A program made the translations under genes and the position numbers. Below are positions 1 to 9,282 of a stretch of 64,000 nt of DNA, one piece after another. Position 1 is the stretch's first letter. Every line of letters starts with the position of its first letter. Under the pieces are notes generated by a model. The model was not told where the DNA came from. It saw only the letters and a program-made list of their open reading frames with translations, and made no database searches. This stretch comes from an uncultured Lachnospiraceae bacterium (lineage in GTDB: Bacteria > Bacillota > Clostridia > Lachnospirales > Lachnospiraceae), in NCBI GenBank assembly GCA_949102785.1, contig CARYKP010000009.1:9513-73512 (forward strand). Direction: 5' to 3'.

Positions 1-1209
1 GCGCATAATTTAGTGGAACGCGGCAGAACGATGTACAGTGCGCATCTTTATAAAGAAGATTTTCTTTCTTTAAAAAAGATATTGGGAGGAAAAGAGAAGC
101 GGCTGCGCCGGGAGCTTACGCAGTGCAATAAACTGCTGTTGGAGTATAAGCGAAACTGCGATACGTATCAGGTATGCCGGGAAGAAATTTCACATTTTAT
201 ATTTGCGCTGATGCGCCTGGCGGAACGGCTGGATGTGTTTTTGCAGAATCGTACGGAAGCTCCGGGAAAAACAGAGGCGTTAGAATTTTACCTGAATCTC
301 CGGCGTTTTTTGAATATTTATGAGCGGCTGGACGAACGGTATATTGTCTATACGCAGCATGAAACGGACGGCAGGTTTAAAATCCGGCTGCTTTGCGCCG
401 ACCCGTCCAAAAACCTGCAGGAACGCATGGACAAGGGAAGGAGCAGTATTTTCTTTTCGGCGACGATGCTTCCGATTCAGTATTATAAGGATATGCTGAG
501 TACAAAAGAAGATAATTACGCCGTATATGCACAATCTTCGTTTTCCGGTGACCAAAAGCTCGTATTGATCGGCAGAGATGTCAGCAGCCGGTATAAACGG
601 CGCAACGAAGCGGAGTTTCAGAAAATGGCAGCGTATATTGCACAGCTTTTGTCCGCAAAAAAAGGCAATTATATGATTTTTTTTCCGTCGTATCAATTGA
701 TGGAACGGGTGTTTGAACGATTTGCCCTTTTGGCGCCGCACGATATGGCGATGATCCGACAGGAGAGTAAAATGACAGAAGCGGAACGGGATGAATTTTT
801 AGCGGCATTTGAGCGTCCGGCCAAAGATTCGCTTGCGGCTTTCTGCGTTTTGGGCGGTATGTTCGGCGAGGGGATCGATTTGACGGAGGAAAAACTGATC
901 GGAGCGGTGATCGTGGGAACCGGGCTTCCGCAGATCGGAACCGAACGGGAGATTTTAAAGGACTATTTCGAGCGGAACATAGGGAGAGGCTTCGATTATG
1001 CGTACCGCTATCCGGGCATGAATAAGGTCCTCCAGGCAGCGGGACGCGTGATCCGTACCATAGAAGACCGCGGCGTGATTATGCTCTTAGACGAGCGGTT
1101 TTTAGAAAACAGTTACAGAAACCTCTTTCCCAGGGAATGGGAAACGTATCGGGTCTGCTCGCTGGAAGATGTAAAAGAAACGGTGTTACGTTTCTGGGAG
1201 CAGTTTTAA
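1..1209 (+). CDS. DinG/Rad3-family ATP-dependent DNA helicase, C-terminal part (5' end lies outside the window)
   Basis: Helicase_C_2-type motifs FSATM, FFPSY, GEGID, GLP, QAAGRVIR, LLDERF; no Walker A in the window. Confidence 0.9.
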   Translation, partial: AHNLVERGRTMYSAHLYKEDFLSLKKILGGKEKRLRRELTQCNKLLLEYKRNCDTYQVCREEISHFIFALMRLAERLDVFLQNRTEAPGKTEALEFYLNLRRFLNIYERLDERYIVYTQHETDGRFKIRLLCADPSKNLQERMDKGRSSIFFSATMLPIQYYKDMLSTKEDNYAVYAQSSFSGDQKLVLIGRDVSSRYKRRNEAEFQKMAAYIAQLLSAKKGNYMIFFPSYQLMERVFERFALLAPHDMAMIRQESKMTEAERDEFLAAFERPAKDSLAAFCVLGGMFGEGIDLTEEKLIGAVIVGTGLPQIGTEREILKDYFERNIGRGFDYAYRYPGMNKVLQAAGRVIRTIEDRGVIMLLDERFLENSYRNLFPREWETYRVCSLEDVKETVLRFWEQF

Positions 1210-2070
1210 AAACTCTTCTGCAGAAGCAGAAATCGGAAGGCTTTCATTTACGGATACGGCAATGCTTCTCGAGGGGATGATTTCTTTTGTCCGAAGGATA
1301 AATAAATCCTCTGTATGATCCGTGAGGCAGTAATCCGGAATAAAGGCGATTCCCAGACCGATTCTGGCGAGATCGATCAAAAGATCGTTGCTGTTTAGTT
1401 CGATTTCGGGCATCAGCTCCAGCTGGTACTGTAAAAACAGGCTGTGCAGAAATTCGCTTGTAGCGCTTTTTTTACTTAACATCAGAATCGGATATTCTTT
1501 TAAATCCCGAAAAGAAAGTTCCTGCCCGTTTAAATTAAAATAAGCCGGATTCGCAATAAACACATCGTGAAATATGCGGACGGTTTTACGGATCCGAAAA
1601 TGGTTTAAGCCGGAATTCGGATAGTTGGTGACGATCAGGTCCGCTTTTCCCTGTTCTAACAGTTTGGCGCAGGCGGGAGAAGTGGCGTTTGTGACTTTGA
1701 TCGGCACATGCGGGAATTTCTGATGAAATTGTTTGAAATAGGGTACTAAAAAATAGCGGCATATCGTGTCGCTGGCGCCGATATGGAGCTGGCCTAAGCC
1801 CAGGCTTTCCGTATCCGTCAGCTGTTCTTCTCCCCGGCTGATTAAATTTATGGCGGGTTCGATATGTTTTAAGAGAACCTCTCCCGCCGGCGTAAGAAGC
1901 ACTTTTTTTGTACTGCGGATAAACAGCGGCTGTCCCAGCTTTTTTTCCAGGGCTTTGATCGACTGGCTGACGGCCGACTGCGATATGTAAAGATGTTTGC
2001 TGGCTTCGGAAAAGCTGAGCGTTGCGGCTACATAATAGAACACCTTGTACAGTTCTAAATTAATGTCCAT
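1186..2070 (-). CDS. LysR-family transcriptional regulator
   Basis: N-terminal HTH (LSFSEASKHLYISQSAVSQSIKALEKKLG...LTPAG), substrate-binding domain, 294 aa. Confidence 0.95.
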   Translation of the reverse strand: MDINLELYKVFYYVAATLSFSEASKHLYISQSAVSQSIKALEKKLGQPLFIRSTKKVLLTPAGEVLLKHIEPAINLISRGEEQLTDTESLGLGQLHIGASDTICRYFLVPYFKQFHQKFPHVPIKVTNATSPACAKLLEQGKADLIVTNYPNSGLNHFRIRKTVRIFHDVFIANPAYFNLNGQELSFRDLKEYPILMLSKKSATSEFLHSLFLQYQLELMPEIELNSNDLLIDLARIGLGIAFIPDYCLTDHTEDLFILRTKEIIPSRSIAVSVNESLPISASAEEFLKLLPET

Positions 2071-2395
2071 AAGATTCTCCCCATGTCTCCATGGCTGCCA
2101 AAATCGGCTGCATGGATGCGCCGAGGTCTGTCAGCGTATATTCTACTTTTGGGGGAAGGTCGCGGAATACCTTGCTTTCGATCAGTCCATCTTTTTCCAT
2201 AGATTGCAGGCTGACTTTTAATACGGTCTGGTCGATGCCCGCGATTTCATTTTTCAGTTCCGTCAAATGCCAGGGCAGAGATCTGGACATTAACTTTTTC
2301 AAAATCATCAGTTTCCATTTATTTCCGATCAGCGCGACGGTCTGTTCAAACGCCGTCGGCGGTAATTCTTCTTTTTGAGATTTTTTACGCAGCAT
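2060..2395 (-). CDS. HxlR-family winged-helix transcriptional regulator
   Basis: IGNKWKLMIL...PPKVEYTLTDLG signature; ATG at 2395 preceded by GGAGG; overlaps the LysR start by 11 bp. Confidence 0.9.
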   Translation of the reverse strand: MLRKKSQKEELPPTAFEQTVALIGNKWKLMILKKLMSRSLPWHLTELKNEIAGIDQTVLKVSLQSMEKDGLIESKVFRDLPPKVEYTLTDLGASMQPILAAMETWGESYGH

Positions 2396-2436
2396 AATAC
2401 CTCCGGTCAATGGTTGTCGACAATGGTTCTATGTCG

Positions 2437-2465
2437 ATTATAATTGTCCGGAGGTTATTTTTCAA
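2437..2465 (-). promoter_or_regulatory. Sigma-A-type promoter for hxlR-lysR
   Basis: Minus strand TTGAAA-17 bp-TATAAT. Confidence 0.7.
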
Positions 2466-2515
2466 GAAGGAATCGCTTTGTTTTACAGACAGGCGCATAT
2501 TATCCGGAATAATGG

Positions 2516-2544
2516 ATGACAAAGAAACAGCCGTATGGTAAGAT
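2516..2544 (+). promoter_or_regulatory. Sigma-A-type extended -10 promoter upstream of the FN3 remnant and ACT operon
   Basis: ATGACA-17 bp-TAAGAT with TG at 2536-2537. Confidence 0.5.
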
Positions 2545-2576
2545 GTAACAAATATTTCAGAAGAAAGGGGGATTTT

Positions 2577-2875
2577 ATGAAAAAACAATTAAAAAACTCA
2601 GGGTAAAAGCGCAGAAAGGAAAGAAAGTGCAGGTTTCCTGGAAGAAAGTAAAAGGAGCTTCGGCATATCTGATTTACCGTTCCGACAGTAAAAACGGGAC
2701 GTACCGGCTGATCAAAACGATCAGGAAATAAAAAACGGTCAGATTTACGGACAGCAAAAAGATAAAGAAAAATAAAAATTATTATTATAAAATCGCAGTA
2801 TGCAGGGACGGGATGTACAGCCCGCTCGGAACGGCTGCAAAGGTCAAAGTAAAAAAATATAAAGGCAGGCAGGTA
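2577..2875 (+). pseudogene. Remnant of a Lys-rich fibronectin type III cell-surface domain
   Basis: Hand translation KKVQVSWKKVKGASAYLIYRSDSKNGTYRLIKTIRK*KTVRFTDSKKIKKNKNYYYKIAV; in-frame TAA at 2729-2731; ATG 2577 with RBS is out of frame with the domain. Confidence 0.75.
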
Positions 2876-2877
2876 AA

Positions 2878-3162
2878 ATGGAAAAATCAGCAGACAAGAC
2901 AATCATCACAGTAGTAGGTAAAGACACCGTCGGTATTATCGCAAGGGTTTGTACGTATCTTGCGGAAAATCAGATCAATGTGCTGGATATTTCGCAGACG
3001 ATTGTACAGGGGTATTTTAATATGATGATGATCGCAGACATGAGCGGGGCAGCCAAACCCTTTGGCGACTGTTCAAAAGAAATGGAACAGCTGGGCGAAG
3101 AAATCGGCGTCAGCATTAAATGCCAGCGGGAAGAGATTTTCCGGAAAATGCATCGGATCTAA
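2878..3162 (+). CDS. ACT-domain protein (UPF0237)
   Basis: IITVVGKDTVGIIARV...IFRKMHRI; usual partner of UPF0210. Confidence 0.92.
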   Translation: MEKSADKTIITVVGKDTVGIIARVCTYLAENQINVLDISQTIVQGYFNMMMIADMSGAAKPFGDCSKEMEQLGEEIGVSIKCQREEIFRKMHRI

Positions 3163-3180
3163 ATCGGCGGGGAGGTTATT

Positions 3181-4545
3181 ATGATAAATATCTGGGAAGT
3201 AAAAGAAACCAATGCGATGATTGAACAGGAAAATCTGGACGTTCGTACGATTACGCTGGGGATCAGCCTGCTTGACTGTATCGACGCCGATTTAAAGCGT
3301 TTGAATCAGAATATTTACCGAAAAATTACGACGGTTGCAAAAAATCTGGCGGCCGTCGGGGAAGAAATTGAAAATGAATTTGCAATTCCGATCGTCAATA
3401 AGAGGATTTCGGTTACGCCGATTGCTTTGGTCGGCGCGGCGGCGTGCAAGACGCCGGAGGATTTTGCGACGATTGCCGATACGCTGGACGCGGCGGCTAA
3501 AGCGGTAGGCGTTAATTTAATCGGCGGCTATTCCGCACTCGTATCAAAAGGCATGACAACGGCAGACGAGCGTTTGATCCGTTCGATTCCCACGGCGCTG
3601 TGCAGGACGGAACGGGTGTGCAGTTCGGTCAATCTGGCTTCTTCGAAAACGGGCATTAATATGGATGCGGTCCGGCTGATGGGCGAAATCCTTCTGGAAG
3701 TGGCGGAACGTTCAAAAGACAGGGACTGCGTAGACTGCATGAAGCTTGTAGTTTTTTGCAATGCGCCGGACGACAATCCGTTTATGGCGGGAGCGTTTCA
3801 CGGCGTAACCGAAGCGGATGCGGTCATCAATATCGGCGTCAGCGGGCCGGGCGTTGTAAAAACCGCACTGGAGAAAGTGCGGGGCGAAAGCTTTGAAGTT
3901 TTGTGTGAAACGATAAAAAAGACGGCGTTTAAAGTGACCCGTGTGGGGCAGCTGGTAGCACAGGAAGCTTCCCGGATGTTAGGCATTCCGTTTGGCATTA
4001 TCGACCTTTCTCTTGCGCCGACGCCGGCGGTCGGGGACAGCGTGGCGGATATTCTCTGTGAAATCGGGCTGGAATATGCCGGAGCGCCGGGAACGACGGC
4101 TGCGCTTGCACTGTTAAACGACCAGGTGAAAAAAGGCGGCGTCATGGCGTCTTCCTATGTCGGAGGTTTAAGCGGCGCGTTTATTCCGGTAAGCGAAGAT
4201 CAGGGGATGATTGATTCCGTGCGTGCGGGGGCGATTACCCTGGAAAAATTAGAAGCGATGACCTGCGTCTGCTCTGTCGGGCTGGACATGATTGCGATAC
4301 CGGGCGATACCTGCGCGGCGTCTATTTCCGGTATAATCGCGGATGAAATGGCGCTTGGCATGGTCAATCAGAAAACGACGGCAGCCAGACTGATTCCCGT
4401 GATCGGAAAAAGTGTGGGAGATACGGTGGAATTCGGCGGACTGTTCGGATATGCGCCGATCATGCCGGTGAATCCGTTTTCCTGTGAAGCGTTTATCGGA
4501 CGCAAAGGCAGGATTCCGGCGCCGATTCACAGCTTTAAGAATTAA
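3181..4545 (+). CDS. UPF0210/DUF711 (PFL-like fold) protein
   Basis: [37 protein letters not shown]; 454 aa. Confidence 0.93.
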   Translation: MINIWEVKETNAMIEQENLDVRTITLGISLLDCIDADLKRLNQNIYRKITTVAKNLAAVGEEIENEFAIPIVNKRISVTPIALVGAAACKTPEDFATIADTLDAAAKAVGVNLIGGYSALVSKGMTTADERLIRSIPTALCRTERVCSSVNLASSKTGINMDAVRLMGEILLEVAERSKDRDCVDCMKLVVFCNAPDDNPFMAGAFHGVTEADAVINIGVSGPGVVKTALEKVRGESFEVLCETIKKTAFKVTRVGQLVAQEASRMLGIPFGIIDLSLAPTPAVGDSVADILCEIGLEYAGAPGTTAALALLNDQVKKGGVMASSYVGGLSGAFIPVSEDQGMIDSVRAGAITLEKLEAMTCVCSVGLDMIAIPGDTCAASISGIIADEMALGMVNQKTTAARLIPVIGKSVGDTVEFGGLFGYAPIMPVNPFSCEAFIGRKGRIPAPIHSFKN

Positions 4546-4677
4546 GGAAGCGGTAAAAATACCGGTAAAATAAGGTAAGATGCAGAGAGCTTTTCATATT
4601 TCTACAAAAAAACCTGTTAAACTATCCAAAAGACACAAAAATTTCAAAAAAATTTTCGGCATATGCTATAATTTTTC

Positions 4678-4706
4678 TTGTCAATAAGATTTGTCTATGC
4701 TATAAT
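4678..4706 (+). promoter_or_regulatory. Sigma-A extended -10 promoter of the mgl operon
   Basis: TTGTCA-17 bp-TATAAT with TG; a second TGCTATAAT at 4664-4672. Confidence 0.75.
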
Positions 4707-4764
4707 CTCCTTGTAAATAAGTCTGGTACAGGATCAGACTATAGAAAAAGGAGGATTCAATAAA

Positions 4765-5955
4765 ATGAAAAAGAAAGTTTTGGCAGCATTTTTATGTGTT
4801 GCAATGACAGCAACGCTGTTTGCAGGCTGCGGTGATTCAGCAGATGACAAAAAAACAGATGATCCGGCAACATCTACCGGAACAGAAGCTCCTGCAGATG
4901 ATGTAGCAGATGACGTAGCGAATGAGGCAGGCGATCAGGCGGATTTAAGCGACGCAAACGTAGCAGTATTCTATTATACATATGCTGATACATATATCGC
5001 TTCCGTACGTACGGCTTTGGATGCAAAATTTGATGAGATGGGAATTACTTATCAGGATTATGATTCCAACAACAGCCAGACGACACAGAACGAGCAGATT
5101 GATACTGCAATCCAGACAGGCGCTAACCTGTTAATCGTCAACATCGTTACTTCCGGTTCCGTAGAAGCTTCTCAGACTGTTGTTGATAAAGCGAACGCAG
5201 CAGGCGTTCCGGTTATCTTCTTCAACCGTGCAGTAGAAGATGCAGATACCGAAGGACAGGTACTTGGAAGCTATGACAAATGTGCATTCGTAGGAACGGA
5301 CGCTCCGGAAGCTGGCCATATGCAGGGTCAGATGATCGGTGAGTATCTGGTAGAGAACTTTGATAAAGTTGACTTAAACGGCGACGGCAAAATCTCTTAT
5401 GCTATGATGATGGGTGAGTTAGGAAACGCAGAAGCAATCGCTCGTACACAGTTTGGTGTAGAAGATGCAAACAAAGTTCTGACAGAAGCAGGCAAACCGG
5501 AATTAGAGTATTTCGACGCAGCAAATGCTGATAAATACCAGGTTGACAAAGAAGGTAAATGGAGCGCACAGGCAGCTACCGAGTACATGAATACAAACCT
5601 TTCTCAGTACAACGAAGGCAACAAGAACATGATCGAGCTTGTAATCTGCAATAACGACGGTATGGCTGAAGGCGTTATCACATCCTTAAACGACAAAGGC
5701 TACAACACTGGCGATGACAAATTCATCCCGGTATTCGGCGTTGATGCAACGGATGCTGCAAAACAGCTGATCGCTGACGGCAAAATGGTTGGTACGATTA
5801 AGCAGGATGCAGAAGGTATGGCAGATTGTATCGCATTCTTGACAGGAAATGCAGCAGGCGGCAAAGAGCTTATGGACGGAACTGACAGCTACAACATCGC
5901 TGAAACTGTTTCCAATAAGATCTATATCCCGTACGCACAGTATACAGGAGAATAA
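4765..5955 (+). CDS. mglB: Galactose/glucose (methyl-galactoside) ABC transporter substrate-binding lipoprotein
   Basis: Lipobox LFAGC; GGBP-like Ca-binding DLNGDG; ICNNDGMA and VFGVDAT motifs. Confidence 0.88.
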   Translation: MKKKVLAAFLCVAMTATLFAGCGDSADDKKTDDPATSTGTEAPADDVADDVANEAGDQADLSDANVAVFYYTYADTYIASVRTALDAKFDEMGITYQDYDSNNSQTTQNEQIDTAIQTGANLLIVNIVTSGSVEASQTVVDKANAAGVPVIFFNRAVEDADTEGQVLGSYDKCAFVGTDAPEAGHMQGQMIGEYLVENFDKVDLNGDGKISYAMMMGELGNAEAIARTQFGVEDANKVLTEAGKPELEYFDAANADKYQVDKEGKWSAQAATEYMNTNLSQYNEGNKNMIELVICNNDGMAEGVITSLNDKGYNTGDDKFIPVFGVDATDAAKQLIADGKMVGTIKQDAEGMADCIAFLTGNAAGGKELMDGTDSYNIAETVSNKIYIPYAQYTGE

Positions 5956-5988
5956 TTAAAACAGGCAGTTGAGATAACAAAAGAAATC

Positions 5989-6021
5989 AAAGAGGGCCGT
6001 CCAAGGGTGGCGACCCTCTTT
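5989..6021 (+). terminator. Stem-loop between the binding-protein and ATPase genes (partial terminator or mRNA stabiliser)
   Basis: AAAGAGGG...CCCTCTTT inverted repeat. Confidence 0.6.
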
Positions 6022-6078
6022 ATATGTCAAAATTAATTTGAAACCAAGGACAATGCAAAAAAAGATTGGAGGGTAATT

Positions 6079-7578
6079 ATGGGACAGGATGTTCTGCTGC
6101 AGATGACAGATATATGTAAAGAATTTCCCGGAGTAAAAGCATTGGACCATGTTTCCCTAACTGTAAAAAGGGGAACGGTACACGCACTGATGGGTGAGAA
6201 CGGTGCGGGAAAATCTACCCTGATGAAATGCCTGTTTGGTATGTATTCCAAGAATAGCGGACAGATTTTTCTGGAGGGGAAAGAAGTAAATTTTAAGGAT
6301 TCCAAAGAGGCACTGGAAAACGGCGTTGCCATGGTGCATCAGGAGTTAAATCAGGCATTGAAACGTAATGTCATGGATAATATCTGGCTGGGACGTTATC
6401 CGAAAGTCGCCGGTGTCATGGTAAATGAGAAGAAGATGTACGACGATACAATGGAGCTGTTTAAAAAGCTTGAAATCGACGTAGATCCGAAACGAATTAT
6501 GAGCACGATGCCGGTATCCCAGAGACAGATGGCAGAAATTGCGAAAGCAGTTTCTTTTAATTCGAAAATAATTGTATTTGATGAACCGACATCCTCTCTC
6601 ACGGAGCAGGAAGTAGAACATTTATTTAAAATTATCAATATGCTTCGCGATCAGGGATGCGGAATCATTTATATTTCTCATAAGATGGCGGAGATCCTTC
6701 GGATTTCCGATGAAGTGACAGTTATGCGAGACGGTCAGTATGTTGCGACAAAGTCAGCGAAAGAACTGACGACGGAAGAGATCATCCGACTGATGGTTGG
6801 CCGTGAATTAAGCAACCAGTTCCCGCCGAAAACGAATAAGCCCGGCGAGGTGGCTTTGGAAGTGGAAGGACTGACGGCACAGTATTCTCTGTTAAAAGAC
6901 GTATCCTTTAAAGTGCGCCAGGGAGAGATTATCGGCCTGGCAGGCTTAGACGGCAGCGGGCGTACGGAATGCCTGGAAAATATCTTTGGCGTAGCGACCA
7001 GAAGAGACGGTGTGATCAAGCTTCACGGCAAAGTGGTCAGAAACCGGAACGCGAGAGAATCCATCAAAAACGGGTTTGCTCTTTTGACGGAAGAGCGGCG
7101 TGCAACCGGTATTTTCGGTATCTTGGATATTCGTGAAAATACGGTTATTTCCAGCTTGAAGAAGCATTTGAAACATCATCTGTATTTGAGCAATAAGACG
7201 ATGAAAGAAGATACGCAGTGGTCCATCGATGCGATGCACACAAAAACCCCGACGCAGGAGACGAAGATCCGTTCTCTCTCCGGCGGTAACCAGCAGAAGG
7301 TTATTCTGGGAAGATGGCTTTTGACAGAGCCGGAAGTATTGCTTTTGGATGAACCTACCCGTGGTATTGATGTCGGCGCGAAGTATGAAATCTATCAGCT
7401 GATACTGGATTTGGCGAACAAAGGAAAGATCGTTATGGTGGTATCGTCTGAAATGCCTGAGCTTTTAGGTATCTGCGACCGTATTCTGGTTATGTCTGGC
7501 GGAAGGCTGGCGGGGGAAGTAGATGCGGCAACAGCAACTCAGGAAGAAATCATGACTTACGCAGCAAAATATGTATAA
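6079..7578 (+). CDS. mglA: Sugar ABC transporter ATP-binding protein (two NBDs)
   Basis: [29 protein letters not shown]. Confidence 0.92.
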   Translation: MGQDVLLQMTDICKEFPGVKALDHVSLTVKRGTVHALMGENGAGKSTLMKCLFGMYSKNSGQIFLEGKEVNFKDSKEALENGVAMVHQELNQALKRNVMDNIWLGRYPKVAGVMVNEKKMYDDTMELFKKLEIDVDPKRIMSTMPVSQRQMAEIAKAVSFNSKIIVFDEPTSSLTEQEVEHLFKIINMLRDQGCGIIYISHKMAEILRISDEVTVMRDGQYVATKSAKELTTEEIIRLMVGRELSNQFPPKTNKPGEVALEVEGLTAQYSLLKDVSFKVRQGEIIGLAGLDGSGRTECLENIFGVATRRDGVIKLHGKVVRNRNARESIKNGFALLTEERRATGIFGILDIRENTVISSLKKHLKHHLYLSNKTMKEDTQWSIDAMHTKTPTQETKIRSLSGGNQQKVILGRWLLTEPEVLLLDEPTRGIDVGAKYEIYQLILDLANKGKIVMVVSSEMPELLGICDRILVMSGGRLAGEVDAATATQEEIMTYAAKYV

Positions 7579-7593
7579 AGGAGGCAGAGCAAA

Positions 7594-8664
7594 ATGAAAG
7601 TTGTTGATAATATGAAAAACCGCTATGCAGCATATCAGGAGCTGGATAGCAGAGACAAAAGGACATTCTGGAAAGAGACGCTGCTGAACAATGCATTGTA
7701 TATCCTGCTGATCGTTGCAGTTATTTATACTTATGCAAGAAATCATCAGTTTTTATCGATAGGATCTATTGTTAATATTATTTCCCTGTCTGCAGCAAAT
7801 ATTCCGATCGCCTGCGGTATTGCGGGATGTATCGTATTGACGGGTACCGACCTTTCCGCAGGACGTGTCGTTGGTTTGACCGCATGTATTTCGGCATCCC
7901 TGTTACAGTCTATGGACTATGCAACGAGAATGTTCGGCGATATGCCGGTATTTCCGATTCCGGCAGTTATTTTGATCGTTATGGCAGTCGGAGGTATCGT
8001 CGGTCTGGTCAACGGTTTCTTCGTAGCAAAATTTGGTCTGCATCCGTTTATCGTAACGCTGGCGACGCAGCTGATTACATACGGTGTGCTGATGATGTAC
8101 ATTATGCTCAACGGCAACAACGGTCAGCCGCTTTCCGGACTGGACAATTCCTTTAAGACATTTGTTACCGGAAGCAAGGTCAAAGTCGGCGACGTTCCGA
8201 TCCCGAACTATGTATGGTATGCACTGGCGATCATTGCAATCATGTGGTTTGTATGGAATAAGACGACGTTCGGTAAAAACATGTTTGCCGTAGGATCCAA
8301 TCCGGAAGCTGCGAATGTATCCGGTGTTAACGTTATGAAGACAACGATTTTAGTTCATACACTGGCGGGTGCTATGTATGGTCTGACCGGATTTATTGAA
8401 TCTGCACGTATCGGTTCCAACAGTGCGGCGACAGGTTTGAACTATGAGTGTGATGCGATTGCAGCCTGCGTTATCGGCGGTGTATCATTCGTCGGCGGTA
8501 CCGGTAAGATCAGCGGCGTTGTACTTGGTGTATTCTTACTTCGTATTATCTTTAGTGCATTGATTTTCTTATCCATCAACCAGAACTGGCAGTACGTGAT
8601 CAAGGGTCTGATCATCCTTGTAGCCTGTGCAATTGATATGAGAAAATATCTGGCTCGTAAATAA
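7594..8664 (+). CDS. mglC: Galactoside ABC transporter permease
   Basis: GTDLSAGR, GSNPEAANVSGVNV, DAIAACVIGGVSFVGG. Confidence 0.9.
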   Translation: MKVVDNMKNRYAAYQELDSRDKRTFWKETLLNNALYILLIVAVIYTYARNHQFLSIGSIVNIISLSAANIPIACGIAGCIVLTGTDLSAGRVVGLTACISASLLQSMDYATRMFGDMPVFPIPAVILIVMAVGGIVGLVNGFFVAKFGLHPFIVTLATQLITYGVLMMYIMLNGNNGQPLSGLDNSFKTFVTGSKVKVGDVPIPNYVWYALAIIAIMWFVWNKTTFGKNMFAVGSNPEAANVSGVNVMKTTILVHTLAGAMYGLTGFIESARIGSNSAATGLNYECDAIAACVIGGVSFVGGTGKISGVVLGVFLLRIIFSALIFLSINQNWQYVIKGLIILVACAIDMRKYLARK

Positions 8665-8680
8665 GCCATATAATTGGATT

Positions 8681-8712
8681 GCCATGGAATCTTTAGGGAT
8701 TCCATGGTTCTT
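8681..8712 (+). terminator. Putative terminator after mglC
   Basis: CCATGGAATC...GATTCCATGG hairpin followed by TTCTT. Confidence 0.55.
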
Positions 8713-8735
8713 CCATGTTAAGTGAGGATTTATCT

Positions 8736-9011
8736 ATGAATGAGAATGCAAAATCAAAAGGAAGATCGGCGATTTACGGTATGGCAGGGTTTTATCTTCT
8801 GTATACCGCATATCAGATTTTTCAGAACCGGGCGGAAAGTTCCGGAGTCGAGTATGTGTTAATTTTAATCGGAGCTGCAGCATTCGTTCTGATCGGCGCC
8901 GGAATGATCGGGTTTGGATTTTATACCATTTATCAGATCAGAAAGAAAGAGCAGGAGGCTTTGTCAGACGACGATCCCGATGCGATAGAGTCAGAAGCTA
9001 AAGAAGATTAG
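8736..9011 (+). CDS. Small hypothetical membrane protein (2 TM)
   Basis: Two hydrophobic stretches, acidic tail, GAGGA RBS before ATG 8736. Confidence 0.75.
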   Translation: MNENAKSKGRSAIYGMAGFYLLYTAYQIFQNRAESSGVEYVLILIGAAAFVLIGAGMIGFGFYTIYQIRKKEQEALSDDDPDAIESEAKED

Positions 9012-9014
9012 AAC

Positions 9015-9043
9015 TTGACTTTTTAAGGGAACCATGATTAAAT
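9015..9043 (+). promoter_or_regulatory. Sigma-A-type promoter for the riboswitch-controlled pur operon
   Basis: TTGACT-17 bp-TTAAAT just upstream of the aptamer. Confidence 0.55.
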
Positions 9044-9048
9044 AAAAA

Positions 9049-9120
9049 CAGTTATATGACTGACGGGACGTGGAATTGACCACATGAAATATAACTGGTT
9101 AGAAGCCGACCGTCTGGGCA
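9049..9120 (+). ncRNA. ZMP/ZTP riboswitch (pfl motif)
   Basis: P1 CAGTTATAT/ATATAACTG, GACTGACG, P2 GTGG/CCAC, 3' GCCGACCGTCTGGGCA; lies upstream of purH-type genes. Confidence 0.92.
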
Positions 9121-9149
9121 GCTGCCCAGATGCGTTGGCTTTTATATTT
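9105..9149 (+). terminator. Riboswitch expression-platform intrinsic terminator
   Basis: AGCCGACCGTCTGGGCA pairs with TGCCCAGATGCGTTGGCT, followed by TTTATATTT; overlaps the aptamer 3' hairpin. Confidence 0.85.
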
Positions 9150-9256
9150 ACAACAAGCGACCACTCCGCAGGAGTGTGTCATAGAGGGATACCCGGAGGG
9201 TGTACAACAAGTGACCACTCCGCAGGCGTGCGTCATAAAGGGATGTCCACAAGGGG
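9149..9256. repeat. Two tandem 54-bp repeats containing small hairpins
   Basis: Units start at 9149 and 9203: TACAACAAG(C/T)GACCACTCCGCAGG(A/C)GTG(T/C)GTCATA(G/A)AGGGAT. Confidence 0.9.
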
Positions 9257-9282
9257 AAAGGATACAAATAGGGAGGAACGAT

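Noticed and set aside
2483..2902. 139-aa Phe-rich minus-strand ORF
   Set aside because: Reverse complement of the Lys-rich FN3 remnant (AAA read as TTT)
9149..9256. Possible mini-CRISPR array
   Set aside because: Only two adjacent units, similar along nearly their whole length, with no unique spacers and no cas genes
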